The position numbers were made by a program, and so were the translations under genes. Under the pieces are notes generated by a model that saw nothing but the letters and a program-made list of their open reading frames with translations, was not told the DNA's origin and ran no database searches. Shown here in pieces: positions 9,377 to 18,008 of a stretch of 64,000 nt of DNA (the stretch's first letter is position 1; the number at the start of each line of letters is the position of its first letter). The stretch comes from an uncultured Oligoflexales bacterium (GTDB lineage Bacteria > Bdellovibrionota_B > Oligoflexia > Oligoflexales > CAZZCU01): NCBI GenBank assembly GCA_964652825.1, contig CAZZCU010000004.1:47818-111817 (forward strand), in the 5' to 3' direction.

Positions 9377-10058
9377 ATCAATGCGTGCTAGCGGCATTGT
9401 CGGGAGCAAGACCGTCCGCGAGTCTCTCTACGACATTTTGAATGTGACGGCAAGCGCCAGCAAGGCTGATATTCGCGAATCTTATATCCGTCTGAAAAAT
9501 GCTTTTGGTGGCCAAAGTCAGGCATTGTACTCGTTGATGTCGGATGAACAGGCGCAGGCCACTTTGTCCAAAATCGAAGAAGCGTTTCGCATTCTCAACG
9601 ACGATGCGCGCCGGCAAATTTACGATCGTGAAGCCGGTTTTGTCGAGACGCCGACCACTCCGACGCCGCATTATGAAAGCAAAGCCGAAAACACGGCGCG
9701 CGTTGATCGAGTGCAAAGTGTACCGGTGAATCTGACCGCGTCGACGGCGAGCAAAGACGACGTACGTGAAGCTTTGCTGAAAATCGTCGCTGACAGCGAC
9801 GCCTCCGATGGTGATATGTATCGGCGTTTGCGCGAGGCGGCGGGCGTCAGCGAAAAAGAAATGCGGGAACGTACAAAAGTAGGCGCTGAATACCTGCAAG
9901 CCATGGAGACCAATGGTTTTGAACGACTGCCACAGGCGGTTTTCGTTAAAGGCTTTTTGCGAAGCTATCTTAAGTACCTGGGCATTGGCGATGTTGAACG
10001 TTTGGCTGACGCTTATGCGGAAAGACTGCGCGAGTGGCAGACGCGAAGCAAGACTTAG
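9345..10058 (+). CDS. J-like domain (no HPD) plus RodZ-type HTH (HTH_25) protein
   Basis: The N-terminus SLYDILNVTASASKADIRESYIRLKNAF...KIEEAFRILNDDARRQIYD has J-domain helices, but GGQSQ replaces HPD. The C-terminus MRERTKVGAEYLQAMETNGFERLPQAVFVKGFLRSYLKYLGI matches the RodZ N-terminal HTH. ATG 9345 follows AAGGAGA and overlaps the end of the ATPase gene by 32 nt. Confidence 0.65.
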   Translation: MDMSHIEPQDKSMRASGIVGSKTVRESLYDILNVTASASKADIRESYIRLKNAFGGQSQALYSLMSDEQAQATLSKIEEAFRILNDDARRQIYDREAGFVETPTTPTPHYESKAENTARVDRVQSVPVNLTASTASKDDVREALLKIVADSDASDGDMYRRLREAAGVSEKEMRERTKVGAEYLQAMETNGFERLPQAVFVKGFLRSYLKYLGIGDVERLADAYAERLREWQTRSKT

Positions 10059-11140
10059 ATCGATCCACGCAAAATTTCCTTGTGGATGACGCCAGCGCTG
10101 GCGAGCGACTGGATATTGTCGTCGCACGTCATCTCACGCAACTCAGTCGTAGCAAGATTCAGCGTTTGATCGCCGATGGCGCCGTACTGATCAACAACAC
10201 GACAGCAGCGTCCGCAAAAGTACCGGTTAAAACTGGTGATCAGATCAGCGTGCAGGTACCCGCGGCGATTGCACAGCAAAGCTCTCAAGCTGCGATACGT
10301 ACGCCTGCAACAGCACCGGCATCTTTTCAATTGGATGTTCTTTACGAGGATCAGTATTTGCTGGTCATCAATAAACCTGCTGGCCTCAGCGTGCATGCCG
10401 CAGACGGTCAGCGTTCGCGATTTACGCTGGTGGATGCACTCCTGGCGCGTAGTAAGCAATGGTCACGCATGCAAACCGATGCCGACGGCGCTGGCGGAAA
10501 ATTTCGTCCTGGTATCGTTCACCGCCTCGATCGCGATACCTCGGGCGTCATGGTTTGCTGCAAGGATGACGCAACTCACGAGCATCTGGCCAAGCAATTT
10601 CGCGAGAAATCCAACTTACGCGAATACATGGCGATATTGGACGGCTATATGGGTACGGGGCATATCGTTTGCGAGAGTTATTTGCATCGCCATCCGCGTG
10701 TGCGCAATCGTTTTGCCGCTATCGACGTGGCAACTTATGAGGAGCTTAAGCGCGAAGGCGCGGATTTGACCGGCTATCGCCATGCTAAAACCGAGTTTTG
10801 GTGCCGGGCGACGTTTGGTCAGCGCTTGACGTTGGCAACGGCGCGTCTTCACACCGGTCGCACCCATCAGATTCGTGTTCATGCCGCGGATATCAAGTTG
10901 CCGGTCTTGGGCGATCAGTTATACCATCGTCGTCGCGAGCTGCCGGCGGTCTTTGCTGCGGCGACGCGCATGCGGCTAGAGGAGCTGCAGCGCCAAATGT
11001 TGCACGCGCGGATTTTGGGTTTCGTGCATCCTCAAAGCGGTGAGCATCTGGCCTTTGAGGCGCCACCACCAACTGATTTCATGGATGTAATTCAACTTTT
11101 GGCAGCATATGACGATAAGCAACCTAAGACTAAATCTTGA
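10034..11140 (+). CDS. rluD: 23S rRNA pseudouridine synthase, RluA family (RluD-like, with S4 domain)
   Basis: S4-like N-terminus (GERLDIVVARHL..SRSKIQRLIADGAVLINN). Catalytic motif GIVHRLDRDTSGVMV. GRTHQIRVH is also present. Confidence 0.85.
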   Translation: MADAKQDLDRSTQNFLVDDASAGERLDIVVARHLTQLSRSKIQRLIADGAVLINNTTAASAKVPVKTGDQISVQVPAAIAQQSSQAAIRTPATAPASFQLDVLYEDQYLLVINKPAGLSVHAADGQRSRFTLVDALLARSKQWSRMQTDADGAGGKFRPGIVHRLDRDTSGVMVCCKDDATHEHLAKQFREKSNLREYMAILDGYMGTGHIVCESYLHRHPRVRNRFAAIDVATYEELKREGADLTGYRHAKTEFWCRATFGQRLTLATARLHTGRTHQIRVHAADIKLPVLGDQLYHRRRELPAVFAAATRMRLEELQRQMLHARILGFVHPQSGEHLAFEAPPPTDFMDVIQLLAAYDDKQPKTKS

Positions 11141-11142
11141 GC

Positions 11143-11182
11143 AAAATCGATTTTTGGGCAATTATTACAGGAAATCGATTTT
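11143..11182. promoter_or_regulatory. Two copies of the palindrome AAATCGATTT upstream of the L,D-transpeptidase gene
   Basis: AAAATCGATTTT at 11143-11154 (12-bp perfect palindrome) and AAATCGATTT at 11172-11181, with centres 28 bp apart. Both lie in the 63-bp gap between the rluD stop and the next start. Confidence 0.3.
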
Positions 11183-11206
11183 AGTCAGTTTTGTAAAAGG
11201 GTTTTG

Positions 11207-12238
11207 ATGCGAGCTTTCGTGAGCAAACGCCTGTTAGTGATAGTCGCCCTGGCCGGGAATGGTGTCGGTGTGACGGTCTTTGCTACCGAGAATCCATCGC
11301 TGACGGCACCGCCGCCGGTGAGTAAACAGTATGCCGAGATGATGCTGCTGTCGGTCGATAAGACGACATTGCGTGCCGAGTTACGTACGTGGCCCGAGGA
11401 TTTTAAGGACTCGGCGTTGTTGCAGACGTTTCGGATCGCGATTGGCAAAGTTCAGGGTGATAAAGAACGCGAAGGTGATAACAAAACACCGGAAGGCATC
11501 TATTTCGCGGAAAATATTTTAGATAATCCCGGCAATCTACCATCCAAATACGGTCCGAAAGCAATTCCGATTAATTTCCCGAATCCCATTGATCGCCTGC
11601 TGCGCAAGACCGGCCACGGTATCTGGTTGCACGGTGCCGGCAATGATCAACGCATCGAAGAGTCCAATGTCACCGAAGGTTGTGTGGCATTTTACAATGC
11701 TGATATCCTGCGTCTGATTAATTGGCTGAGACCGCATCAGGGTGCGATTTTGATTGCCAATGATGCGCGTCAGGTCAACAGTCCCGAGCATGTAGCGCAA
11801 GTCAAGGCGGCTACCGATACCTGGATTGAGGCCTGGGCTACTCGTGATCTGGATGCCTATGCGGCGATGTATGCGCCGGAGTTTTCTAATCAGGGTATGA
11901 ATCTTGAGCAATATCGTTCCTACAAGGAACGCGTGTTTAAATCTTACAAAAGTATCCACCTGACCATGGATAATGTCCGTGCGACCACGCATCCAAATTA
12001 TGCCGTATCCATCATGAATCAGGACTTTAGTGGCGATCAGCGCTTTAAGTCCAATGGTCGCAAAGTTTTATACTGGAATCGCCAGCCGGATGGTCGTTGG
12101 CTGATTACCAGAGAGATTTTTGAAGATCGCCGCTTTGAACCGCTGCAATACACCGCCGCCGAATTGGCAGCGTTGACTGTTGGCATGAATAAAGAAGCGT
12201 CTTTGCAGCTGCCAAAATCCGCTACCCCTAATCATTAG
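11207..12238 (+). CDS. L,D-transpeptidase (YkuD domain) with C-terminal SnoaL/DUF4440-like domain
   Basis: Signal peptide present. YkuD catalytic region GIWLHGAGNDQRIEESNVTEGCVAF (His...Gly-Cys). The C-terminal AATDTWIEAWATRDLDAYAAMYAPEF... resembles an NTF2-like fold. Confidence 0.8.
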   Translation: MRAFVSKRLLVIVALAGNGVGVTVFATENPSLTAPPPVSKQYAEMMLLSVDKTTLRAELRTWPEDFKDSALLQTFRIAIGKVQGDKEREGDNKTPEGIYFAENILDNPGNLPSKYGPKAIPINFPNPIDRLLRKTGHGIWLHGAGNDQRIEESNVTEGCVAFYNADILRLINWLRPHQGAILIANDARQVNSPEHVAQVKAATDTWIEAWATRDLDAYAAMYAPEFSNQGMNLEQYRSYKERVFKSYKSIHLTMDNVRATTHPNYAVSIMNQDFSGDQRFKSNGRKVLYWNRQPDGRWLITREIFEDRRFEPLQYTAAELAALTVGMNKEASLQLPKSATPNH

Positions 12239-12303
12239 AGATCCTGAGCCGAAGGCGAAGAATCCACCATTAACCACTGGCTTCATACGGATGAACGCGC
12301 TAT

Positions 12304-12331
12304 CTTTTCAGAACCATTTTCTGAAAAGGAG
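12304..12331 (+). promoter_or_regulatory. Perfect 10-bp hairpin overlapping the Shine-Dalgarno sequence of the DsbA-like gene
   Basis: CTTTTCAGAA (12304-12313), loop CCATT, TTCTGAAAAG (12319-12328). The 3' arm runs into GGAG (12328-12331), which lies 6 nt before ATG 12338. Confidence 0.35.
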
Positions 12332-12337
12332 CAATTC

Positions 12338-13327
12338 ATGAGGTTTCATGCATTCAAGGCTGCGGTGCTCTCGGCTGTCGTGCTGAGTTCGTCTGCTGCG
12401 AGCGCGAACGATACAACCTTATTTAAAATGGGCGATAAAACATACGCCACCAAAGACCTGCCGACCTCGGTCCAGCAAGCGTTATTCGATATCGATAACG
12501 AGGCTTATCAGCGTCGTAAAGCCGCGGCCGAAGAAGCGGTTCTTGATATTTATTTTGCCGAAGAAGCGCAGCGAAAGAAAAAATCCAAAAAGGACATTGA
12601 GGATCAAGAGCTAAAGGTCAAAGATCCCACCGAAAAGGAAATGAAAGCCTTTTATGAGGAAAATAAAGCTCGAGTTCCTTATCCTTATGAGCAGGTGTCG
12701 GGTGAGATCCGTAATTTTTTATCGGCGCAAAAACGCCAGGAAAAACGTCAGCAAGTTCTCAGTCAAGTTATGAAGGCCAAGAAGGTCACCTTCGTTGCTG
12801 CTGCGCCGCAGGCACCGGTAATGACGATTAACACCACTGGTTTTCATACCTCAGGCAAAGCCGGTGCTAAAGTGAAGTTAGTGGAGTTTGCCGATTATCA
12901 ATGCCCGCATTGCAAAACCGCTTCCGAAGCTTTAGGTAAACTGCGCAAGAAGTACGGCAGTAAAGTTGAGTTTGTCTTTATTGATTTCCCGATCAATCCA
13001 TCTGGGGTGTCCAAGTTGGTGGCGCAGGGTGCATACTGTGCCGCGCAGCAGAATAAATATTGGGAATTCCATGAGCTCGCTTTTGCAAAACAAGCGGCGT
13101 TAAATAAAGAATCACCCTTGGCTTTTGCAAAGGAGTTGAAGCTTAACGAAGCCACGTTCCAGCAATGCTATGCCAGCAACGCACCGGCTGACTTTGTGCA
13201 AAAGGGTCGGGATGAAGGCGAGCGGATTGGTATCAGCGGTACGCCGGCTATCTACATTAACGGTCGCAAACACGCATCGGCTAATACATATGAAGCTTTG
13301 GTGAAAGAAATAGAAGCTTTGTTATAA
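12338..13327 (+). CDS. Periplasmic thiol:disulfide oxidoreductase, DsbA/thioredoxin family, with N-terminal helical (SurA_N-like) extension
   Basis: Signal peptide ...SSSAASA. Active site YQCPHCK. DsbA-like context VEFVFIDFPI...GTPAIYINGRK. Confidence 0.75.
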   Translation: MRFHAFKAAVLSAVVLSSSAASANDTTLFKMGDKTYATKDLPTSVQQALFDIDNEAYQRRKAAAEEAVLDIYFAEEAQRKKKSKKDIEDQELKVKDPTEKEMKAFYEENKARVPYPYEQVSGEIRNFLSAQKRQEKRQQVLSQVMKAKKVTFVAAAPQAPVMTINTTGFHTSGKAGAKVKLVEFADYQCPHCKTASEALGKLRKKYGSKVEFVFIDFPINPSGVSKLVAQGAYCAAQQNKYWEFHELAFAKQAALNKESPLAFAKELKLNEATFQQCYASNAPADFVQKGRDEGERIGISGTPAIYINGRKHASANTYEALVKEIEALL

Positions 13328-13353
13328 GCAGTCATTTTCACACATTGCCCAGC

Positions 13354-13384
13354 AAAAAAAGCCCGCAAGCCGGGCTTTTTTTAT
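13354..13384. terminator. Rho-independent terminator (bidirectional A-tract/hairpin/T-tract)
   Basis: AAAAAAA-GCCCG-CAAGC-CGGGC-TTTTTTT: stem AGCCCG/CGGGCT at 13360-13376, flanked by an A7 and a T7+ run, directly after the dsbA-like stop. Confidence 0.7.
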
Positions 13385-13476
13385 TTCGAGAAGTATAGGC
13401 AGGATTTGCCTGTTAAGTCCTTTGTTTCCTTGCCGATATGAGTGAGGTAAGGGAAGTTTCACTTTTTGGGTAATGT

Positions 13477-15852
13477 ATGCTGCGAGCACGAAGCAACATC
13501 ATCATCGTCGCGTTTATAGGGTGCATGGCCGCTTTGGCGATGACTATGCCGCTGTCGGTGGTGCATGCGTACTCCACCAGCGCCGAGCGCTTACGTCTTG
13601 ATACCGAACAGAATGTTCGTAACCGTGTTACCGGCCTCCTCGACAAATATTGCGGCAAAGCCTGTGAGTTGATTCACATTAATGTCGGTACTGAGCAGTA
13701 TCTTGATGAGGACGTGGAACTTGGTTTTGAAAGCCTCGCCGAACAGGCTGGTCGCACGGCGTATGTTGTGCGCGACATCGCTATCGATATCCAGGTTGAT
13801 GATAAAGTCACAGCCACCAATCGCGATCGGATTCAGGTTATCTTGTTGAATCATCTGCGCGCGTTTGGCATCGAGGCGACGGTCAATTGGCGACCGGTAC
13901 GTCTACCCACGGTGGATCAGACTTCTGGTGCTGGTGAGCAGTTGAAACTGGCCTTGGAGCGTCGTCTGAGTCAGGCCCTAAACGAAGTAGCTCGTGCTTA
14001 TTGTCCCGATCAATGCGTTGTAGCGCAGATTAACATCAATGCCACCGAAGTTACGCCCGATGAAGCGGCAACATTGTCGCGTGCTCAAATCTTTCGTGGT
14101 CAGGCGAATGCCGATGTGATTCGTATCGACGATATCGCAATCGCGGTTGAAGTCGACGAACGATTGGGCGAAGACGCGGCGCAACGCATTGCGAATATTA
14201 TGCGCGCTAAAACCCGTTTTGCTTCGCCGGTGACTATTGATGTGAATGTTGTAGCGTTCCCTGAGCCGTCGCAGTCGCGTCAGCGTCGTCTCGATGCGCA
14301 GAGTGAAGATCCTTTCAATCTTGATAAATTGCGCCAGATGCTGATGATGTTCCGCGAATTGGCTGGTACTAAAGAGATCATCACTAATAACAGTACTACC
14401 TCGACCAGTAATAACTCCGAGTCGTCCAAAGTCGCCAGCACCAATAATTCAAGTACGTCCGCATCGGAGCGCCAGATGCGCTCTGATGTTAGCACGCAAA
14501 CTTCGGCTGCGGGGGAATCAGTCGAATGGGCGGTGTATATCGGCGCCTTTATCCTGCTGGCCGGGCTTTTGGTTGCGGTGTTTCTGCGTGTTTTGGCGGC
14601 GAATCGCGATGCCAAAGTTATGGTGGCTGAGGCCGATGGCCAAGGCACCACCAATGGAATTTTGGCACAGTTGCTACGCGGTCGTGCGGCAGCCAATAAT
14701 AACGATGCTGGCGCTCCTGCTGCATCAGCGCCAACGGCGATGCTGGCGCCAGCGCAAGTATCGCAACGCCTGCGTATCGATCAGTTGCGTTCGACACTCA
14801 TGAGCACCCTGGTTGAGGCGCCGCGTGTTGCGCGTGATACGTTCGCGCGCATGCTTCGTGAGGATGGTGTTGAGCTTACCGCCAAATATGTTCACTTGCT
14901 TGGTCAAGTCGTTGTATTTGAATTGATCGACGATCCGGATTTAAAATCCAAACTGGTTGATCTGAGTGAGTTTTATCATCGCTCCAGCTTTGTCTTTACC
15001 GCTGACGAAGAGTTGGCATTGTTACAGATGTTGAAAACCCGCTTCACCGCTAGTGAAATCCGGGTCATGACGCGTAAAACCAATGAACAATTCGACTTTC
15101 TGACCAAGTTGACGCCGCAGCAAATCTTTCAGTTAGTCATGGACGAACGGCCGCAGGTACAAAGCGTGGTCTTGCTGCAGCTGGAACGCAGTGTTCGCAT
15201 GCAAGTTTACGATTTGTTCCGTGGTCAGGCGAAAAGTCAATTGCTGCAGGAACTCTCCAAAGGCGATTCCGTGCCGCGTGAATACCTATTCTCCGTCGCG
15301 CAGGCGATCGCGCGCAAGGCTCAGACGCGCCCTGAGTTCGATGCCGAGAATCTACGTGGCTCCGACATTCTACTGGATTTGTTGCAGCGTTCGGATTTGC
15401 AAGAGCAACGTCAGCTTATGGCTAATCTCATGCGCACGAATCCAGATACCGCGCGTGGCGTGAAAGCAAAATTGATTACCATCGAGACACTCAATTTCCT
15501 CAAGGATGGTTTGTTGATCGAGGTAGTGTTGGGTATGCAGCGCGCTGAGTTGTTAACTTTCTTGCGTGGTACGCGTCAGCATATTTGCAACTTGCTGTTG
15601 AATAAGGCGCCGCGTGAGCTTGCGGAAAGCTGGTATGAAGAGCTACAAAATCTCGGCGCGGTTGATGATGCGCAGTATAGGTCGGTTGAGGCGAAGATTG
15701 TCAGCCGTATTCAAGCCATGGCTGCCGCTGGCGCGATCAGTATTGTCGCGCTAAATGACATCATGTTTAGCACGATGACCGCCAAAGACGGCACCAATGT
15801 TTCCAACGCTATGCCGACGACACCGCCGGCGCCAGGTTATATCGCCGCATAA
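13477..15852 (+). CDS. Membrane protein fusing two periplasmic FliF/SctJ-like ring-building repeats, one TM helix and a cytoplasmic FliG-like (middle + C-terminal) domain
   Basis: N-terminal signal/lipobox-like IIIVAFIGCMAAL...VHA. Two mutually alignable repeats at aa ~36-140 and ~155-262. S/T/N-rich linker. TM helix WAVYIGAFILLAGLLVAVFLRVLAA (aa 351-375). The C-terminus has ERPQ at the position of the FliG EHPQ motif and a FliG_C-like tail ...LRGT..LLNKAPRELAESWYEELQNLGAVDDAQYRSVEAKIVSRIQAMAAAGAISI. Confidence 0.6.
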   Translation: MLRARSNIIIVAFIGCMAALAMTMPLSVVHAYSTSAERLRLDTEQNVRNRVTGLLDKYCGKACELIHINVGTEQYLDEDVELGFESLAEQAGRTAYVVRDIAIDIQVDDKVTATNRDRIQVILLNHLRAFGIEATVNWRPVRLPTVDQTSGAGEQLKLALERRLSQALNEVARAYCPDQCVVAQININATEVTPDEAATLSRAQIFRGQANADVIRIDDIAIAVEVDERLGEDAAQRIANIMRAKTRFASPVTIDVNVVAFPEPSQSRQRRLDAQSEDPFNLDKLRQMLMMFRELAGTKEIITNNSTTSTSNNSESSKVASTNNSSTSASERQMRSDVSTQTSAAGESVEWAVYIGAFILLAGLLVAVFLRVLAANRDAKVMVAEADGQGTTNGILAQLLRGRAAANNNDAGAPAASAPTAMLAPAQVSQRLRIDQLRSTLMSTLVEAPRVARDTFARMLREDGVELTAKYVHLLGQVVVFELIDDPDLKSKLVDLSEFYHRSSFVFTADEELALLQMLKTRFTASEIRVMTRKTNEQFDFLTKLTPQQIFQLVMDERPQVQSVVLLQLERSVRMQVYDLFRGQAKSQLLQELSKGDSVPREYLFSVAQAIARKAQTRPEFDAENLRGSDILLDLLQRSDLQEQRQLMANLMRTNPDTARGVKAKLITIETLNFLKDGLLIEVVLGMQRAELLTFLRGTRQHICNLLLNKAPRELAESWYEELQNLGAVDDAQYRSVEAKIVSRIQAMAAAGAISIVALNDIMFSTMTAKDGTNVSNAMPTTPPAPGYIAA

Positions 15853-15861
15853 AATTAAGTT

Positions 15862-16434
15862 TCAGCTTTTATCACTAAAACGCAGCGCATGCTTCCATAG
15901 CAGTTGTTGGGCATTCATATAGTCGGCATTGAGATCGCGAAAACGCCCACAGATTTCCTGAGCGCAGATACGATAAAAGTTCATGCGTACGGTCTCGCTG
16001 GTGCTGTCGATAAAACGCTCAAAATCCAAAGCATCAATGTGTAGCAGATGACAGAACGTTTCTGCGCATACGGTTGCTGAGCGTGGTGCATCATCGAATA
16101 AACTGAATTCGCCGAAGTGAGCCACGGATTCCAGCATCGCCAGGCGATGCATTTGCCCCGAAGCCTGATCGTTTTTGTACACGGAGACACTGCCGGACAT
16201 CAAGACGAACAAGCCGCGGGTATTTTCGCCCTCGATCACAACATATGACTGAGCTTGAGCGGTGCGGTATTCAGCGAATTTAAACAGCGCGAGCAATTGC
16301 TCATCATTAAAGCTGCCAAGCAAAGGCACTGATCGGAGAACCTGCAGGCCGAAGTCTGGGAGACGAATTCGCTGCGCGATATCATCGCCAAATGTCGCCG
16401 AGACCGGTGCGGCGCTGTCGGAGGCTTCCATCAT
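15862..16434 (-). CDS. Cyclic-nucleotide-binding domain protein (stand-alone cNMP domain)
   Basis: cNMP fold motif FGEFSLFDDAPRSATVCAETFCHLLHIDALDFERFI. I prefer ATG 16434 (AGGTGG 6 nt upstream, 2 nt after the CBS stop) to the track's 16467. Confidence 0.75.
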   Translation of the reverse strand: MMEASDSAAPVSATFGDDIAQRIRLPDFGLQVLRSVPLLGSFNDEQLLALFKFAEYRTAQAQSYVVIEGENTRGLFVLMSGSVSVYKNDQASGQMHRLAMLESVAHFGEFSLFDDAPRSATVCAETFCHLLHIDALDFERFIDSTSETVRMNFYRICAQEICGRFRDLNADYMNAQQLLWKHALRFSDKS

Positions 16435-16436
16435 AC

Positions 16437-17795
16437 CTATCCACCTATGGTTCGGGTTGTCATCCAATCGACCAAATCAATTTTGGTCAGGATTTGGGTA
16501 GGTTTGCCGGTTTTATCGATCACCACCGCGCGACCGGATTGCAATAACATGGTCTGGAGCGCGCTGAGCGGTGTCGTTTCATCCACGGTCGGCACCGAGC
16601 GGTTCATCACGGTGGCGACGTGGGTCGTAGCATCGTTGCCGAGTGAGGTTAGATGTTTCAATAAATCCTCCTCAGTGATGATACCAACTAAACGTTCGTT
16701 ATCCTGAACCGGTAGTTGCGATATTCCTTGCTGCTTCATCATATTGACAGCTTGTTCAATAGTATCAGTTTGCTTGATGGTCAGTAAGTTGCGCGTCGGC
16801 TTATGTTGCATCAGCAGGCTCACCTGGCCATCCAATGCTTCGGGACCGATAAACTGGTTATTTTGCATCCACTTGTCGTCGATGAATTTAGTCATGTAGT
16901 TACGGACGCCATCGGCCAGCAGGACGACGCAGTTTTGGCCTTCATTCAATCGCGCAGCCGCCTGCAACGCCGCGTATAGCGCTGCACCGCTGGAGCCGCC
17001 ACATAACAAGCCTTCTTCTCGAATCAGACGACGCGCCAATAAAAACGACTGTCGATCATTGGTTTTTACCCATTCGTCGACAATTTTGCGATCGAGCACA
17101 TCAGGAATAAAGTCGTAGCCGATACCTTCCACCTTATAGCTGGCGATATGTGTACCACCACCTAGAATGGAACCGATCGGATCAGCGCCGATGATTTTGG
17201 CTTTCGGACAAACCTCCTTGATGCGCTTGGCAACGCCGGTAATCGTTCCACCGGTTCCCGCCGCCATGACCACCATATCAACTTTGTTATTGAGATCTTC
17301 GAGAATCTCCTGCGCAGTGGTTTGGTAATGGATATCTGGATTGGCTGGATTACTGTACTGATCAAGAATATGCGCGTTAGGTAGTTCTTTTTGCAGACGC
17401 TTGGCGACGCTGATGTGACTTTCCGGTGCATCCCAGGCGGCCTCGGTGGGCGTGCGGATAATTTCGGCACCCAAAGCCTCCAGCACCACCTGTTTTTCGC
17501 GGCTCATTTTCTCCGGCATGGTGATGATAATGCGATAGCCGCGTACGGCACCGGCAAGCGCCAGACCAATCCCGGTATTGCCACTTGTCGGCTCAATCAG
17601 CGTATCGCCGGGCTTAATACGACCGGTTTTTTCGGCTTGGACGACCATACTGTAGCCGATTCGATCTTTTACCGATCCACCCGGGTTCAAAAATTCGCAT
17701 TTTGCGTAAAGATTGCATTTTAATCTGGCATTCACGCGATGTAGCTTGACTAAAGGTGTCTTGCCGATTGCGTCGAGGATCGTATTGAATAGCAT
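16437..17795 (-). CDS. Cystathionine beta-synthase (CysK-like PLP domain plus tandem CBS domains)
   Basis: PLP-lysine region [16 protein letters not shown], then [10 protein letters not shown] and GTGGTITG. The C-terminal ~120 aa have the CBS-pair pattern ([22 protein letters not shown]...[22 protein letters not shown]). Confidence 0.85.
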   Translation of the reverse strand: MLFNTILDAIGKTPLVKLHRVNARLKCNLYAKCEFLNPGGSVKDRIGYSMVVQAEKTGRIKPGDTLIEPTSGNTGIGLALAGAVRGYRIIITMPEKMSREKQVVLEALGAEIIRTPTEAAWDAPESHISVAKRLQKELPNAHILDQYSNPANPDIHYQTTAQEILEDLNNKVDMVVMAAGTGGTITGVAKRIKEVCPKAKIIGADPIGSILGGGTHIASYKVEGIGYDFIPDVLDRKIVDEWVKTNDRQSFLLARRLIREEGLLCGGSSGAALYAALQAAARLNEGQNCVVLLADGVRNYMTKFIDDKWMQNNQFIGPEALDGQVSLLMQHKPTRNLLTIKQTDTIEQAVNMMKQQGISQLPVQDNERLVGIITEEDLLKHLTSLGNDATTHVATVMNRSVPTVDETTPLSALQTMLLQSGRAVVIDKTGKPTQILTKIDLVDWMTTRTIGG

Positions 17796-18008
17796 CTAAG
17801 CCCCCAGAACCGGTCTGAATTTGGAAGAAATTAGCTGATTTACAATAAATCCAGCGCCGTTTTGCGTCAATGAAGAAACGGTAGGCGAAGGTTGGCCGCC
17901 TCATTGACAGCATTTGGGAGCAATGAAAAAATCTAATTAAGACAATCACCATAATCCTCTCGGCGAGCCAAAGCCCAATCAGAAGTAAATGTTATGCGGG
18001 ACTGATGT

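Noticed and set aside
13397-13409. Sigma-54-like AGGCAGGATTTGC upstream of the FliF/FliG-like gene
   Set aside because: The GG and GC elements are spaced 2 nt too close compared with TGGCAC-N5-TTGC, so this is not a credible -24/-12 promoter.
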